From Candidatus Nomurabacteria bacterium (GTDB lineage Bacteria > Patescibacteriota > Minisyncoccia > Phycocordibacterales > UBA9973): a stretch of DNA of 64,000 bases. Where the stretch lies: NCBI GenBank assembly GCA_023267275.1, contig JAHFNO010000006.1:9519-73518 (forward strand). The letters run 5' to 3'. Positions 37,632 through 48,800 of this stretch are shown piece by piece. The position numbers and the translations under genes are program-made. Under the pieces are notes generated by a model. That model had not been told where the DNA came from and did no database searches. It saw only the letters and a list, made by a program, of their open reading frames with translations. Numbering within the stretch: position 1 is the stretch's first letter; each line of letters opens with the position of its first letter.

Positions 37632-40040
37632 ATGCCTGAGAAATCTAAAAAAACTACTAAATCTGCCAAGCCTGCCAAGGCAAAACGACTTGTTTTGCTT
37701 GATGCCCATGCCATCATTCACCGCGCCTATCATGCCATGCCTGAGTTTGCGAGTAGTAATGGTGAGCCCACGGGTGCCCTCTACGGCATTTGCTCTATGC
37801 TCATGAAGATAGTGACCGATCTCAAGCCCGACTATATTGTGGCGTGTTATGACCTTCCACAAAAGACCTTCCGTCATGAAGCCTATGAGGCATACAAAGG
37901 TACTCGTTCAAAAGCTGACGATGGGCTCGTTTCGCAAATAAAGCGTTCACGCAGTATTTTCGAAGCATTTAATATTCCCATGTATGACGTGCCTGGTTTT
38001 GAGGCCGATGATATTTTGGGTACGATTGTTGCGCAAACAAAAGCCGACAAGAACATCAACATTGTGATCGCTTCCGGCGATATGGACACACTGCAACTTG
38101 TGGACGACAAAAAAGTGCAGGTGTTTACTTTGAAAAAAGGATTGAACGATACCGTTATGTATGACGAAGATGCAGTCGTGGCACGCTTCGGTTTTTTACC
38201 GAAACTACTTCCTGACTACAAAGGACTTCGCGGTGATCCTTCCGACAACATTGTTGGTATTGCTGGCATTGGAGAAAAGACAGCTACCGATTTGATTGTG
38301 CAGTTTGGTTCAATCGAAGATTTATATAAAAAATTGAAAAAAGATGAGGCTGCAGTTTTGGCAGTGGTGAAGCCACGCATTGTCGAACTTTTGAAAAATG
38401 GGGAAGAGGAGGCACTCTTTTCAAAAACACTCGCCACGATTCGTCGCGATGCGCCAATCACATTTGAACTTCCAAAAAAAGAATTTATGGAAGGCGTGGA
38501 AGTAGAAAAAATCGAAGCCCTATTTCGTGAGCTCGAATTTCGTGGACTTACTCCACGCGTGCACACTATTTTTGGCAAATCAGAAGCTACCGAAGCAAAG
38601 GAACAAGAAGCGAATGAGATTATTGATCCTGAAGAATTGCGCAAACTCGCTATTGGACTTTGGTTGCTCAATTCTGACCTGACCAATATTGGCTACGGTG
38701 ATATTTCAAGTTATAAGGGTTCGAAAAATTTTGCCGAAGGGAAAGCAAAAATCCTCGCCGATATTAAAGAGCGAAATCTTACTTATGTGTATGAAGACAT
38801 TGAGCTTCCCATCTTGCCTGTCGTTGAATCGATGGAAAAGTACGGTATTAGCGTCGATGTGAAAAAGATGGAGAAACTATCGGTGGAAGGTCACAAAGAA
38901 CTTTCTGTTATTGAGAAAAAAATTTGGGGATATGCTGGACGTGAATTTAATATCAATTCTCCAAAACAGCTCGGTGAAATTTTGTTTGATGAACTCAAAG
39001 TAGGCGAAGGGTCAGGAGTCAAAATGAAGAAGACTGAAGGGGGAGCGCGCTCGACTCGTGAAAGCGAGCTCATGAAATTGCAGGGTATTCATCCGATCAT
39101 TGATGAGATTTTGCAGTATCGCGAACTTTCAAAATTGCTCTCTACCTATATTGATACATTGCCATCACTCGTTGCTCCCGATGGACGGCTCCATGCCACA
39201 TTCAACCAGGCGGGCACTACAACAGGACGATTCAATTCTTCAAATCCGAATTTACAGAATATTCCCGTGGGTGACGGTTTCGCCAAAGAAATCCGCGGAG
39301 CATTTATTGCTGCACCAGGACATACTTTTATTGCATTCGATTATTCGCAAATCGAATTGCGTGTTGCCGCGCTCATGTCTGGCGATGATTATTTGATTGA
39401 TACATTTGAGGCAGGCAAAGATATTCACTCCGCTGTGGCGTCGCGTGTGTTTGGAGTACCGGAAGACAAGGTGACACATGACATGCGTCGTAAGGCAAAG
39501 GTGATTAACTTCGGCATTTTGTATGGAATGGGTGTGACTGCACTGCAACAAAATCTCGGTACCGACAGAAAGGAAGCACAATCATTCCACGACAATTACT
39601 TTGCTAGTTTTCCTGCGATTGCTGGCTACATGGAGAGCACGACTGAATTTGCTAAAAAGAATGGGTATACTGAAACACTCTTTGGTCGTCGCCGTTATTT
39701 TCCATTACTGAAATCACCACTGCCATTTTTGCGTGCTGGTGCTGAGCGTCAGGCAGGGAACGCACCACTGCAGGGTACGGCAGCCGATTGTATCAAGATT
39801 GCCATCCGCGATGCCGACCAGGCACTTCGCAATGAAAACCTTATCGACAAAGCTCACCTTGTACTTCAGGTGCACGACGAGCTCGTGTTTGAGGTGGAAG
39901 AATCAGTCGTAGACAAAGTTTCTGTGCTTGTGGAGAATGCTATGAAAAATGTACTCCCACGAGAATTTTTGAAAGGCAAACGACCTGTGCCACTAGAAGT
40001 CCATGTCTCAGTGGGTAAAAACTGGGGTGAATTAAAGTAA
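37632..40040 (+). CDS. polA: DNA polymerase I
   Basis: 5'-nuclease N-terminus; polymerase motifs DYSQIELRVAA, RRKAKVINFGILYGMG and QVHDELVFE. Confidence 0.9.
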   Translation: MPEKSKKTTKSAKPAKAKRLVLLDAHAIIHRAYHAMPEFASSNGEPTGALYGICSMLMKIVTDLKPDYIVACYDLPQKTFRHEAYEAYKGTRSKADDGLVSQIKRSRSIFEAFNIPMYDVPGFEADDILGTIVAQTKADKNINIVIASGDMDTLQLVDDKKVQVFTLKKGLNDTVMYDEDAVVARFGFLPKLLPDYKGLRGDPSDNIVGIAGIGEKTATDLIVQFGSIEDLYKKLKKDEAAVLAVVKPRIVELLKNGEEEALFSKTLATIRRDAPITFELPKKEFMEGVEVEKIEALFRELEFRGLTPRVHTIFGKSEATEAKEQEANEIIDPEELRKLAIGLWLLNSDLTNIGYGDISSYKGSKNFAEGKAKILADIKERNLTYVYEDIELPILPVVESMEKYGISVDVKKMEKLSVEGHKELSVIEKKIWGYAGREFNINSPKQLGEILFDELKVGEGSGVKMKKTEGGARSTRESELMKLQGIHPIIDEILQYRELSKLLSTYIDTLPSLVAPDGRLHATFNQAGTTTGRFNSSNPNLQNIPVGDGFAKEIRGAFIAAPGHTFIAFDYSQIELRVAALMSGDDYLIDTFEAGKDIHSAVASRVFGVPEDKVTHDMRRKAKVINFGILYGMGVTALQQNLGTDRKEAQSFHDNYFASFPAIAGYMESTTEFAKKNGYTETLFGRRRYFPLLKSPLPFLRAGAERQAGNAPLQGTAADCIKIAIRDADQALRNENLIDKAHLVLQVHDELVFEVEESVVDKVSVLVENAMKNVLPREFLKGKRPVPLEVHVSVGKNWGELK

Positions 40041-40042
40041 AT

Positions 40043-40089
40043 TCCTAAAAGCCCTTATTCGGTTGTCACTTGACAACCGAATAAGGGCT
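40043..40089. terminator. strong intrinsic terminator hairpin after polA
   Basis: AAAGCCCTTATTCGGTTGTCA-CTT-GACAACCGAATAAGGGCTTT: 21-bp perfect stem with an A/T-flanked bidirectional design. Confidence 0.75.
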
Positions 40090-40105
40090 TTGATATTATT
40101 AGCTG

Positions 40106-41893
40106 ATGAATAATAATGACTATATTTCAACAACCGATCTTGCTCGCATACTAGGGGTTACCAGACAAGCCATTCAAAAAAAATTAAAGGGAGAAGATGA
40201 GCTAAAAACCAAAGAAGTTGGTACTGGTTTTTTATATCAAATTGGGAGTTTACCTCAATCTATTAGAGATAGAATAAAAACAGAACAAGAAACAGCCAAG
40301 GAAAAAGCAATTTCGAAAAAAATCGGTGATAACCATCATGATCTTAATTTTGAGAAAGAGCTTTGGGCAGCCGCAGACAAACTCCGTGGAAATATCGATG
40401 TTTCCGAATATAAAAATATTGTTCTCGGACTTCTTTTTTTAAAATATATTTCTGATTCATTTTACAAGCGTCGTGAAGAACTTGAAGTGATGACTCGTGA
40501 TACCAAAAATGAGGATTTTTATGTTCCAAATGATGAATCACGCAAGCAGATTCTTGAGACAAAAGATTTTTACACGAGCGTTGGAGTTTTTTATGTTCCT
40601 GAAAAATCCCGTTGGGAATATCTTCAAACAAAAATATTGAACCCAGAATTGGCAAAAATTCTTGATGGCGCGATGGATTTGATTGAACAAGATAATCGAG
40701 CCCAACTCGAGGGAGTTCTTCCGAAAGTGTATACAAAAACGACTCTTGATCACGCGGTGCTTGGCGAACTAGTTAATATTTTTTCTCGGATTTCTTTTGA
40801 TCACAATTTCGACAGAGAAAAAGATATCCTTGGTCGCATCTATGAATATTTCCTTGGGCAGTTTGCTTCATCCGAGGGAAAACGTGGAGGTGAGTTTTTT
40901 ACTCCACGATCAATCGTTAAACTACTCGTAGAAATTCTTGAACCATATGAAAACGCGCGTGTCTTAGATCCTGCTTGTGGTAGCGGAGGTATGTTTGTAT
41001 CTATGGGTGAATATTTACATACTCATAAAATGGATCCATCAAAACTTTCTATAAGCGGACAGGAAAGCAATCAAACTACGCTTCGTCTTGCGAAAATGAA
41101 TCTTGCAATTCGGGGGCTTTCGGGGAAAATTGAGCTGGGAAACACTTACTATCAGGATAAGTTTCCAAACCTTCAAGCTGATTTTGTGATTGCCAATCCT
41201 CCGTTTAATGGCGAATGGGAACCGTCAAAACTTTCAGATAATGACCCTCGTATTATTCTTGGCACTCCGCCGTCTGGTAATGCAAATTTTATGTGGGTGC
41301 AACATTTTGCTCATCACCTTGCTCCGAATGGTCAGGCAGGGTTTGTTATGCCGAATGGCGCGCTTGCAGTGTCAGGTAAAGAAGGAGATTTGCGAAAAAA
41401 ATTAATCGAGGCAGATTTGGTCGACGTAATCATTTCTTGTCCCGGAAAACTTTTTTATAACGTTTCGCTTCCAGTTTCTTTATGGTTTTTGGCAAAAAAT
41501 AAATCCGGCGACCGCTTTCGTAAACGAAAAGGGGAAACACTCTTTATTGATGCGCGCGACACCTTTGAACAAATTTCACGCAAGCAAGTTGTTTTTAATC
41601 CTAAAAATATTGAGAAAATTACAAATACTGTTCGCGCATGGCGAGGAGAAAAAGGTGCCGATAAGTATGAAAATATTGCCGGTTTTTGTAAATCTGCAGC
41701 TCTGAAGGAAATTGAAAAAAATGGGTATGTACTTACTCCCGGCCGATATGTTGGGCTTGCGGATGTCGAAGATGATGGAATTTCATTTGAAGAAAAAATG
41801 CAAAAGCTTTCCAGCGAACTTCGTGCCGCTTTTCTGAAGGGTCGAGATTTGGAAAAACAGATTGAAAATAATTTGAAAGAATTGGGATTTTAA
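40106..41893 (+). CDS. hsdM: type I restriction-modification system methyltransferase subunit HsdM (with extra N-terminal HTH-like segment)
   Basis: Catalytic NPPFNG motif (VIANPPFNGEW) and an AdoMet-binding region. Confidence 0.85.
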   Translation: MNNNDYISTTDLARILGVTRQAIQKKLKGEDELKTKEVGTGFLYQIGSLPQSIRDRIKTEQETAKEKAISKKIGDNHHDLNFEKELWAAADKLRGNIDVSEYKNIVLGLLFLKYISDSFYKRREELEVMTRDTKNEDFYVPNDESRKQILETKDFYTSVGVFYVPEKSRWEYLQTKILNPELAKILDGAMDLIEQDNRAQLEGVLPKVYTKTTLDHAVLGELVNIFSRISFDHNFDREKDILGRIYEYFLGQFASSEGKRGGEFFTPRSIVKLLVEILEPYENARVLDPACGSGGMFVSMGEYLHTHKMDPSKLSISGQESNQTTLRLAKMNLAIRGLSGKIELGNTYYQDKFPNLQADFVIANPPFNGEWEPSKLSDNDPRIILGTPPSGNANFMWVQHFAHHLAPNGQAGFVMPNGALAVSGKEGDLRKKLIEADLVDVIISCPGKLFYNVSLPVSLWFLAKNKSGDRFRKRKGETLFIDARDTFEQISRKQVVFNPKNIEKITNTVRAWRGEKGADKYENIAGFCKSAALKEIEKNGYVLTPGRYVGLADVEDDGISFEEKMQKLSSELRAAFLKGRDLEKQIENNLKELGF

Positions 41894-41897
41894 ATTT

Positions 41898-42563
41898 ATG
41901 GATTTGCAAGACTTAAAAAAGAAGTTTATCAAAGATGAGCTACAGATCACCGAAGATTACGGGAAGATTTTCGCTTTCATCGATTTCTCAAATGTAAATA
42001 AGTGGTTTCAAAACGACAACCAGGATTGGGAGAACAAACTACTTGCTCTCGATGAAAAGTTATCAATAGACTTAGAAAAACTAAAATTATTCGTGGATAT
42101 TTTTAGTGAGAGAGCTAGAATCTACTATGGAGAAAATCCTAAAAACCAAAAGTCTCTCAGTTTTACCTATGTTATGCGGAAAGTTTTTGGCAAGAGAGAT
42201 GTAATGACCAAAGACATTCAAAAAATTAGGCATTATTTTGAGACGGGCGAACATATTCCTGATAAATATGTTGAAACAGACGCAGATGGTAAAAAATTTA
42301 TAGAAATCAGAAAATCAAATTTTGATGTAGAGATTTCTGTAGATGCACTAAGGATGCTTGAACACTATGATACCTTCTGTATTTTTTCCGGAGATGCTGA
42401 TTTTGTGTATTTAAATAATTACTTAAAACGAAAAGGTAAGAAAGTGATTATAGTGAAGGGTGGATATATTTTGACAAAATTCAGAGAGTCGGCTGATTTA
42501 GTCGTAAATGCGCAGAATATTAAGAAGCATATTGCCAAGGTAGAAAAACAAAAACCTGACTAG
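41898..42563 (+). CDS. NYN/LabA-like (PIN-fold) nuclease-domain protein embedded in type I RM operon
   Basis: FIDFSNV ... EISVDALRMLEHYDTFCIFSGDADFVYLNNYLKRKGKKVIIV fits the NYN-domain acidic-residue pattern. It sits 4 nt after the hsdM stop. Confidence 0.5.
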   Translation: MDLQDLKKKFIKDELQITEDYGKIFAFIDFSNVNKWFQNDNQDWENKLLALDEKLSIDLEKLKLFVDIFSERARIYYGENPKNQKSLSFTYVMRKVFGKRDVMTKDIQKIRHYFETGEHIPDKYVETDADGKKFIEIRKSNFDVEISVDALRMLEHYDTFCIFSGDADFVYLNNYLKRKGKKVIIVKGGYILTKFRESADLVVNAQNIKKHIAKVEKQKPD

Positions 42564-42667
42564 GTCAGGTTTTTGTGGAAAGTCATCCCGAATTGACCTC
42601 GGGCAGGTATGGAAGGAGTATAACATTCACCACCCTCAAAATCAAGAGTTATCAACAGAACAAAAAT

Positions 42668-43912
42668 ATGAGCAAATTATTGGAACAAATAAAAAAAAAT
42701 AAAGAAACCAAGCGATTGGGGGATTTAGTTGTGATCAATCAATCGTCAATCACAAAGGATTTTCCGCATAAAGTCATTGAGTATATTGATACTTCTTCTG
42801 TGACACGAAATTCTTTTGATAAACCAGAAATTCTGAATATAAACGAAGCCCCGAGTCGAGCAAAACGATTGGTTAAAGACGGAGACACGATACTTTCTAC
42901 AGTAAGGCCCAGCCAGCATCATTATGGTTTTATCCGAGCTCCTAAACCAAACACAATTGTTTCAACAGGATTTGCTGTCCTGACTCCCCAAAACGATATT
43001 GATCCATTTTATTTATATTCATATTTAACTCAGGATTCAGTGACAAGTATTCTGAATGCGATAGCCGAAGCAACTACCACGACCTTCCCAGCATTTAGAC
43101 CTGAAGTTCTTTCAGATATGGAAATAGAAATTCCGGATCTACCAACTCAAAAGAAAATTGCAGAAATTTTGGGCGCTTATGACGCAAAGATTGAGAATAA
43201 CAATCAAATAATAAAAAATCTTGAATTGACGGCACAAACTATTTTCGATGAATGGTTTGTAAAATTTCGATTTCCTGGGCATGGGAAAGTGAAAATGGTT
43301 GAGAGTGAAATGGGGGAGATTCCTGAAGGGTGGGAAGTAAAGAAGGTTTCTGATGTTGCTCATCTTAACAAGGGTGTTTCTTATACATCAGCCGAAATAA
43401 ACACTGAGCATAAAGGTGCAGCGTTAATTAATCTAGGAAACTTTCTGAGAGGAGGAGGTTTTAATTCTGATGGAATAAAATATTACACAGGCGAATATAA
43501 ATCAACCCATATTGTAAAACCCGGACAAATTTTAATTGCTATGACTGATTTAACTTCCAACAGAGAAGTCATTGGTCATCCAGCTAGACTGCCTGAAAAT
43601 TTTAAGGAAGCTGTAATTTCTCTTGATGTCTGTTCTCTTAGCCCCGGAAAAGATATATATCTTGAATTTATCTACAATTCTATGCTGAAGAGAAGTTTTT
43701 CTAAATTGATGGCTAGTTGTGCGTCCGGAACAAATGTTTCTCATCTCAAGAAAGAAAACATTGAAGGATATGATCTAATATTTCCCGAGGAATCATTATT
43801 GGTTCAATTTAACAATTTTACGCAACCCGTTTTTACCAAACAAGCTATCTTAGAAGAAGAAAATCAAAGATTAAAACAGTCGAGAGATCAATTACTGGCA
43901 AAACTAATTTAA
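42668..43912 (+). CDS. hsdS: type I RM specificity subunit HsdS (two target-recognition domains)
   Basis: Position between hsdM and hsdR; two-TRD architecture with conserved central and C-terminal coiled regions. The Met at 42668 is preferred to the ORF-track start at 42575. Confidence 0.7.
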   Translation: MSKLLEQIKKNKETKRLGDLVVINQSSITKDFPHKVIEYIDTSSVTRNSFDKPEILNINEAPSRAKRLVKDGDTILSTVRPSQHHYGFIRAPKPNTIVSTGFAVLTPQNDIDPFYLYSYLTQDSVTSILNAIAEATTTTFPAFRPEVLSDMEIEIPDLPTQKKIAEILGAYDAKIENNNQIIKNLELTAQTIFDEWFVKFRFPGHGKVKMVESEMGEIPEGWEVKKVSDVAHLNKGVSYTSAEINTEHKGAALINLGNFLRGGGFNSDGIKYYTGEYKSTHIVKPGQILIAMTDLTSNREVIGHPARLPENFKEAVISLDVCSLSPGKDIYLEFIYNSMLKRSFSKLMASCASGTNVSHLKKENIEGYDLIFPEESLLVQFNNFTQPVFTKQAILEEENQRLKQSRDQLLAKLI

Positions 43913-43917
43913 ATTTT

Positions 43918-44598
43918 ATGGATAAAACTAATTTAACTGAATTCCAACAATACTTATATGATCAACACAAGGAAACATCTGAAATGAGGTCAAAATTCGG
44001 GCGTGAATTCCTGACTATTTTTAGCAATGCCAATAAATCAAGGATTGAACTTTCTAAACATATCACCATGCTCACTGTTGGATTGCTTGCTGTGGGTGTT
44101 TTTTGGCAAACTGGAAGTTTATATGCGAAGGTTGGATTTGGTTTTGCGCTGATAACTATTGTTTTTACCGTATTCTTTCTACGCGAAAGAATTGATCAAG
44201 AGGGAAGAGAAGCTGTAACGATGATAAAGGTTTACAATGCGATGTTTGATAAATACCTTAGCATAATTCTCGCAGCAGTTAAAAAAGATAACCCCAAAGA
44301 ATATTTCCAAAACCTAAATAATTTTCTCGAGAAAGATCCTGATTTTTTGAACATTCAGAATAATTACGAAAGTAGTTTAATTAGAAACGAGATTCTTGAT
44401 TACGGTGGAGAAGTCGTGAATTTTCTATTTCTTTCTACACTAACATTCTATGTATTAGCTTTTTTATCAATCCAGTTTAATTTTATTTTGGTAGTATTAG
44501 TTATCACCCTTACTTTTTCATTTTCAGTATTTGAAACAGCAAGTTTTATTCTCCGACCTTTAAATAGATGGTTAAATAAAAATATATCTAGGAAATAA
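43918..44598 (+). CDS. hypothetical 4-TM membrane protein inside the RM locus
   Basis: Hydrophobic helices (LTVGLLAVGVFW, FGFALITIVFTVFFL, two C-terminal); no known motif. Confidence 0.5.
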   Translation: MDKTNLTEFQQYLYDQHKETSEMRSKFGREFLTIFSNANKSRIELSKHITMLTVGLLAVGVFWQTGSLYAKVGFGFALITIVFTVFFLRERIDQEGREAVTMIKVYNAMFDKYLSIILAAVKKDNPKEYFQNLNNFLEKDPDFLNIQNNYESSLIRNEILDYGGEVVNFLFLSTLTFYVLAFLSIQFNFILVVLVITLTFSFSVFETASFILRPLNRWLNKNISRK

Positions 44599-44599
44599 T

Positions 44600-44666
44600 A
44601 TGAACCCCTCAACGAAAAAAACATAGCGGAAGAATCCCTCATCGACTGGCTGAAAGGTGAGGGGGG
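44600..44666 (+). pseudogene. degenerate duplicate of the hsdR 5' end (frameshifted fragment)
   Basis: About 65 nt are near-identical to 45890-45956 but one C is missing from the C-run, so it reads MNPSTKKT-stop. Confidence 0.7.
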
Positions 44667-44754
44667 TGAATACTCAAAAACCAACTTTTAATATACCTTT
44701 ACTTATTAAAAGTTAAATGCTAAACTTTTAATATAAATAATCATATTATAACTT

Positions 44755-45885
44755 ATGCAACAAATATTTAAAGCAGGTATATATAGACAACAACTGGAAT
44801 ACAAGAGTTTCAGCCCTTTTCCTATCAATAAACAATTTGAGTGGACTGATAAGAAAATAAATATGCTTTCAGATGAGGCTATGCGTCTTTTGGGTGAACT
44901 TAATGCTTATTCCACACTCGTTCCTGATGTGAATTATTTTATAAAAATGCACATCGCAAAAGAAGCGACGAAATCAAGCCGAATTGAAGGTACAAAAACA
45001 AATATCGATGAAGTGCTTCTTTCTAAAGAAGATGTTGATCCTGAACGACGAGATGATTGGAAGGAGGTGCATAATTATATTGTAGCGATGAATCAGGCAA
45101 TAAAAGAACTCTCAACCCTACCACTTTCAATGCGTCTTTTGAAAAACGCTCATAAAATACTTTTAACACACGTGCGCGGAGAGCACAAAACCCCAGGGGA
45201 GATTCGCATCAGTCAAAATTGGATAGGTGGTTCAAGTCTAAAAGACGCGTTCTTTATACCACCTCATCCAAGTGAAGTTGGAGAACTTATTTCTGATCTT
45301 GAAAAATTTTGGCACAACAGAAATCTTGAAATTCCATTCCTAATAAAAATGGCAATAAGTCATTATCAGTTTGAGACAATTCACCCGTTCCTAGATGGCA
45401 ACGGAAGAATAGGACGACTGCTCATTACTTTGCAGTTAGTTGATAAAAAGATACTCCAGAGACCGACCTTGTATCTTTCCGATTTTTTTGAAAGAAACAA
45501 AGGTTCGTATTATGATTCGCTGACCCTTGTTCGTTCTTCTAACAATATAGAGCAATGGATTAAATTTTTTCTTTCAGGTGTAATTGAAACAGCCCATAAG
45601 GGTAAGGAAACATTTGAAAAAATAATCGTATTGCGCCAAAAATATGAGCAAAAAATCATGAAATTGGGTCGTCGAGCCGAACTCGGACAGCGGTTGCTAA
45701 TTAAACTCTTTTCTCAACCGATATTAAATGTAAATCAGATTGCAAAGGAATTGGATATTACATTTCCTACAGCATCGTCGCTTGTGGACGAGTTTGAGCA
45801 AAAAGGCATTCTAAAGGAAGTTACCGGTTTTTCAAGAAACCGTTCTTTTGAGTTGTTTGAGTATGTTGAATTGTTTAGGAATTAA
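44755..45885 (+). CDS. fic: Fic/DOC family protein (AMPylation-type motif)
   Basis: Fic motif [12 protein letters not shown]; C-terminal winged-helix-like region. Confidence 0.85.
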   Translation: MQQIFKAGIYRQQLEYKSFSPFPINKQFEWTDKKINMLSDEAMRLLGELNAYSTLVPDVNYFIKMHIAKEATKSSRIEGTKTNIDEVLLSKEDVDPERRDDWKEVHNYIVAMNQAIKELSTLPLSMRLLKNAHKILLTHVRGEHKTPGEIRISQNWIGGSSLKDAFFIPPHPSEVGELISDLEKFWHNRNLEIPFLIKMAISHYQFETIHPFLDGNGRIGRLLITLQLVDKKILQRPTLYLSDFFERNKGSYYDSLTLVRSSNNIEQWIKFFLSGVIETAHKGKETFEKIIVLRQKYEQKIMKLGRRAELGQRLLIKLFSQPILNVNQIAKELDITFPTASSLVDEFEQKGILKEVTGFSRNRSFELFEYVELFRN

Positions 45886-45889
45886 TTAT

Positions 45890-48800
45890 ATGAACCCCCT
45901 CAACGAAAAAAACATAGCGGAAGAATCCCTCATCGACTGGCTGAAAGGCGAGGGGTATGAGTATGTAAAAGGTACAGATATCGCCCCGGGGCAGCCTCGT
46001 GCGGAGCGCGAGGATTTCCGGGGTGTGGTTTTAAAAGACCGCCTGCTTGGAGCTATTCGTAGGATCAATCCACAACTGCCTGCTGAACAGGCGGAACAAG
46101 TTGTTGTCGATATTGCCTCGTATCACAATGCTGATTTAATGCTCGGAAACAAGGAGATGTTTTCTTTTATTACAGAAGGAGTAAAAAGGACTTGGCAAGA
46201 ACAAGGAAATGAAAAAACAGAAATAGTAAAGTTGATTGATTTCGAGAATAAAGATGCGAATGAGTTCCTTGTAGTCAATCAATTTACGGTGCAGGGGGTT
46301 GACTCACTCGGTCGTCCCGATGTCGTTATTTTCATAAATGGATTGCCACTTGCGGTGTTCGAGCTGAAGAGCCCGGTACGACAAACCGCTGATATCCGTG
46401 AGGCATACAGAGATATTGAGGATTACAAAAAAGAAATACCGAAACTTTTTTTCTACAACCAGATTGTAGCGATTTCGGATTTATTCCACGCGCATCATGG
46501 AACGATCTCATCTTCGTGGGAACGTTATGGCACATGGAAGGGAATAAAAAATGAAACTGATGTTCCGAAAGATACAGAGGAACTCGAAGTGTTATTGAAA
46601 GGGCTTTTCAATAAGGAGCGGCTTTTGGATGTGATCGAAAACTTTATTGTTTTTGAAGCAAGTGGTGATGGTGATGCCGTAACATATACAAAAAAGATGT
46701 GTTTGTATCATCAGTATTATGGTGTCAATAAAACAATTGAGAGTACGATTCGCTCAGTTCTCGGCAAGCAAGATAGAAAAATCGGCGTATTTTGGCACAC
46801 ACAAGGATCAGGCAAATCGCTCTCAATGGTTTTTTATGTGAACAAAACAAAAAATATACCTGAGCTCAAAAGTCCGGCGTATGTGTTTTTGACTGATCGT
46901 GAAGATTTAGACGACCAGTTGTTTAAGACATTCAATCACACCGGATATGGAACTCTAGCCAAGAAGGCCTCAAGCATCAAAGATTTGCGCAGTCGACTTA
47001 CGTATATTGGCGGGGAACTTATTTTCACGACAATTCAAAAGTTTCAAGAAGATCCTGACGCGCATGAGGCCTTGAGTTTGCGCGAGAACATTATTGTTTT
47101 GGCCGACGAAGCGCACCGCACGCAGTATAGCAATCTGGCAGGCAATGTTCGTCTTGCACTGCCGAATGCGAGTTTTTTGGGAGTCACAGGTACGCCGATT
47201 GCTCGGAATGACAAAGATACAGTACGGGTGTTTGGCCCAGTTGTGAGTTCGTATAAGATCAGTCAATCAGTCAAAGACAAATCAACCGTGCCAATTTATT
47301 ACGAGGGGCGGCTTGTGCCACTCCATCTCGCTGATCAATTAATCGACAGCAAATTCGACGCGGTTCTCGGTGAAGTTGTGCCGGATGATAACGCACGAAT
47401 GCGTAAGGAGTATGCAGTGCTTGAGGAAGTCGTGGGCGCACCGAGCCGAATAGAGAAAATCGCACAGGATGTCATACATCATTTTAATAATCATCCAATT
47501 GAAGGTAAGGCCATGATTGTGACGATGAGCCGCCGAATCGCGGTGCTTATGTATGAGGCCATCCAAAAGATACCTAGTGTTCCAGAAGTGGCAGTCGTGA
47601 TTTCAAACAACGATGAATATAGTTCAAGAATTCAAAAGGAACATAATATAAAAACTTTAGAGCGAAGGTTTAAAGATGACAAAGATCCGCTCAAAATCGC
47701 CATTCTTTGTGATATGTGGCTCACCGGTTTTGACGTTCCGTGTATGCATACACTGTATCTCGATAAGCCTCTCAAAAATCATGGCTTGATGCAGGCGATA
47801 GCTCGCGTGAATCGAGTGTATAAAGACAAGCCAGGAGGTTTGGTTGTGGACTATATTGGTATTGCAGAGAATTTGAAAAAAGCACTTGCGTGGTATGACT
47901 CCGACATACAAAATGATGCGCTTGTTCCTATTTCCGAAGTTGTAGAGCAAATGAATATTCTCCGTGATCAAGTCACCAAATTTTTCGGGAAACTCGACTA
48001 TACTGCATGGAAGAAACTAAAAGGTATTGAGCTTGTCACAATTATGCAGGCAGGAATGAATGAGGTCATCACTCAAGGTGGCATATTAAATGACGAACAG
48101 AAGATGAAATACATGGGTACAGTTTCTAAGCTTTCAAAATTACACGCACTTGTAATGCCGGGGGATGAAGCTATGAAAATAATATCGGATCTCCAATTTT
48201 TTCAGGCTATACGAGAGGCAATTCGCAAACAAACTGTTTTGCCGCATGCGATATTCCCTGAAGAAACGGAAAGCGCGATTCGTAGCCTGATGCATAATTC
48301 AATTCAGGCTGAGGGCATCGTTGATCTTTTTAGCGTCCCAGGAGAAGAGAAGAAAAGTATTTCGATATTTGATGAGAAGTTTATTGAAGGTATCCGAAAA
48401 TCACACTACCAGAATTTTGCAGTCGATTCTGTGCGAAAATTGCTCGATCAGGAAATACGATCACGAATGCGATTGAATAATGCTCGATACGAAACAATGC
48501 TCTCGCTTCTTGAGGGTTTGATTGAAAAATATGAGAACAATGTAATTAGTTCTGCTGAAATTATAAAGCAGTTGCTTGAAATTGCAGATGGTATTAAAAA
48601 GCTAGATCAAGAAAGTAAGGAAACAGGACTCTCGAATGAAGAAATTGTTTTTTATGATTCTTTAGCCACCGACCCTGATCTAAAAAAAGCCGGAATTGAT
48701 ATTAAAGAATTTGTAAAGGAATTAACAAGGCGTATTCGACGTGATTTGGCAATCGATTGGACAAACAATGAAACAATCAAAGCTCGTATTCGTCAGAATG

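Noticed and set aside
44448-44684. Minus-strand ORFs 44448-44684 and 45886-46068 sharing the peptide SPFSQSMRDSSAMFFSLRG
   Set aside because: The shared peptide is the antisense translation of the duplicated hsdR 5' segment. It is not evidence of a conserved protein.
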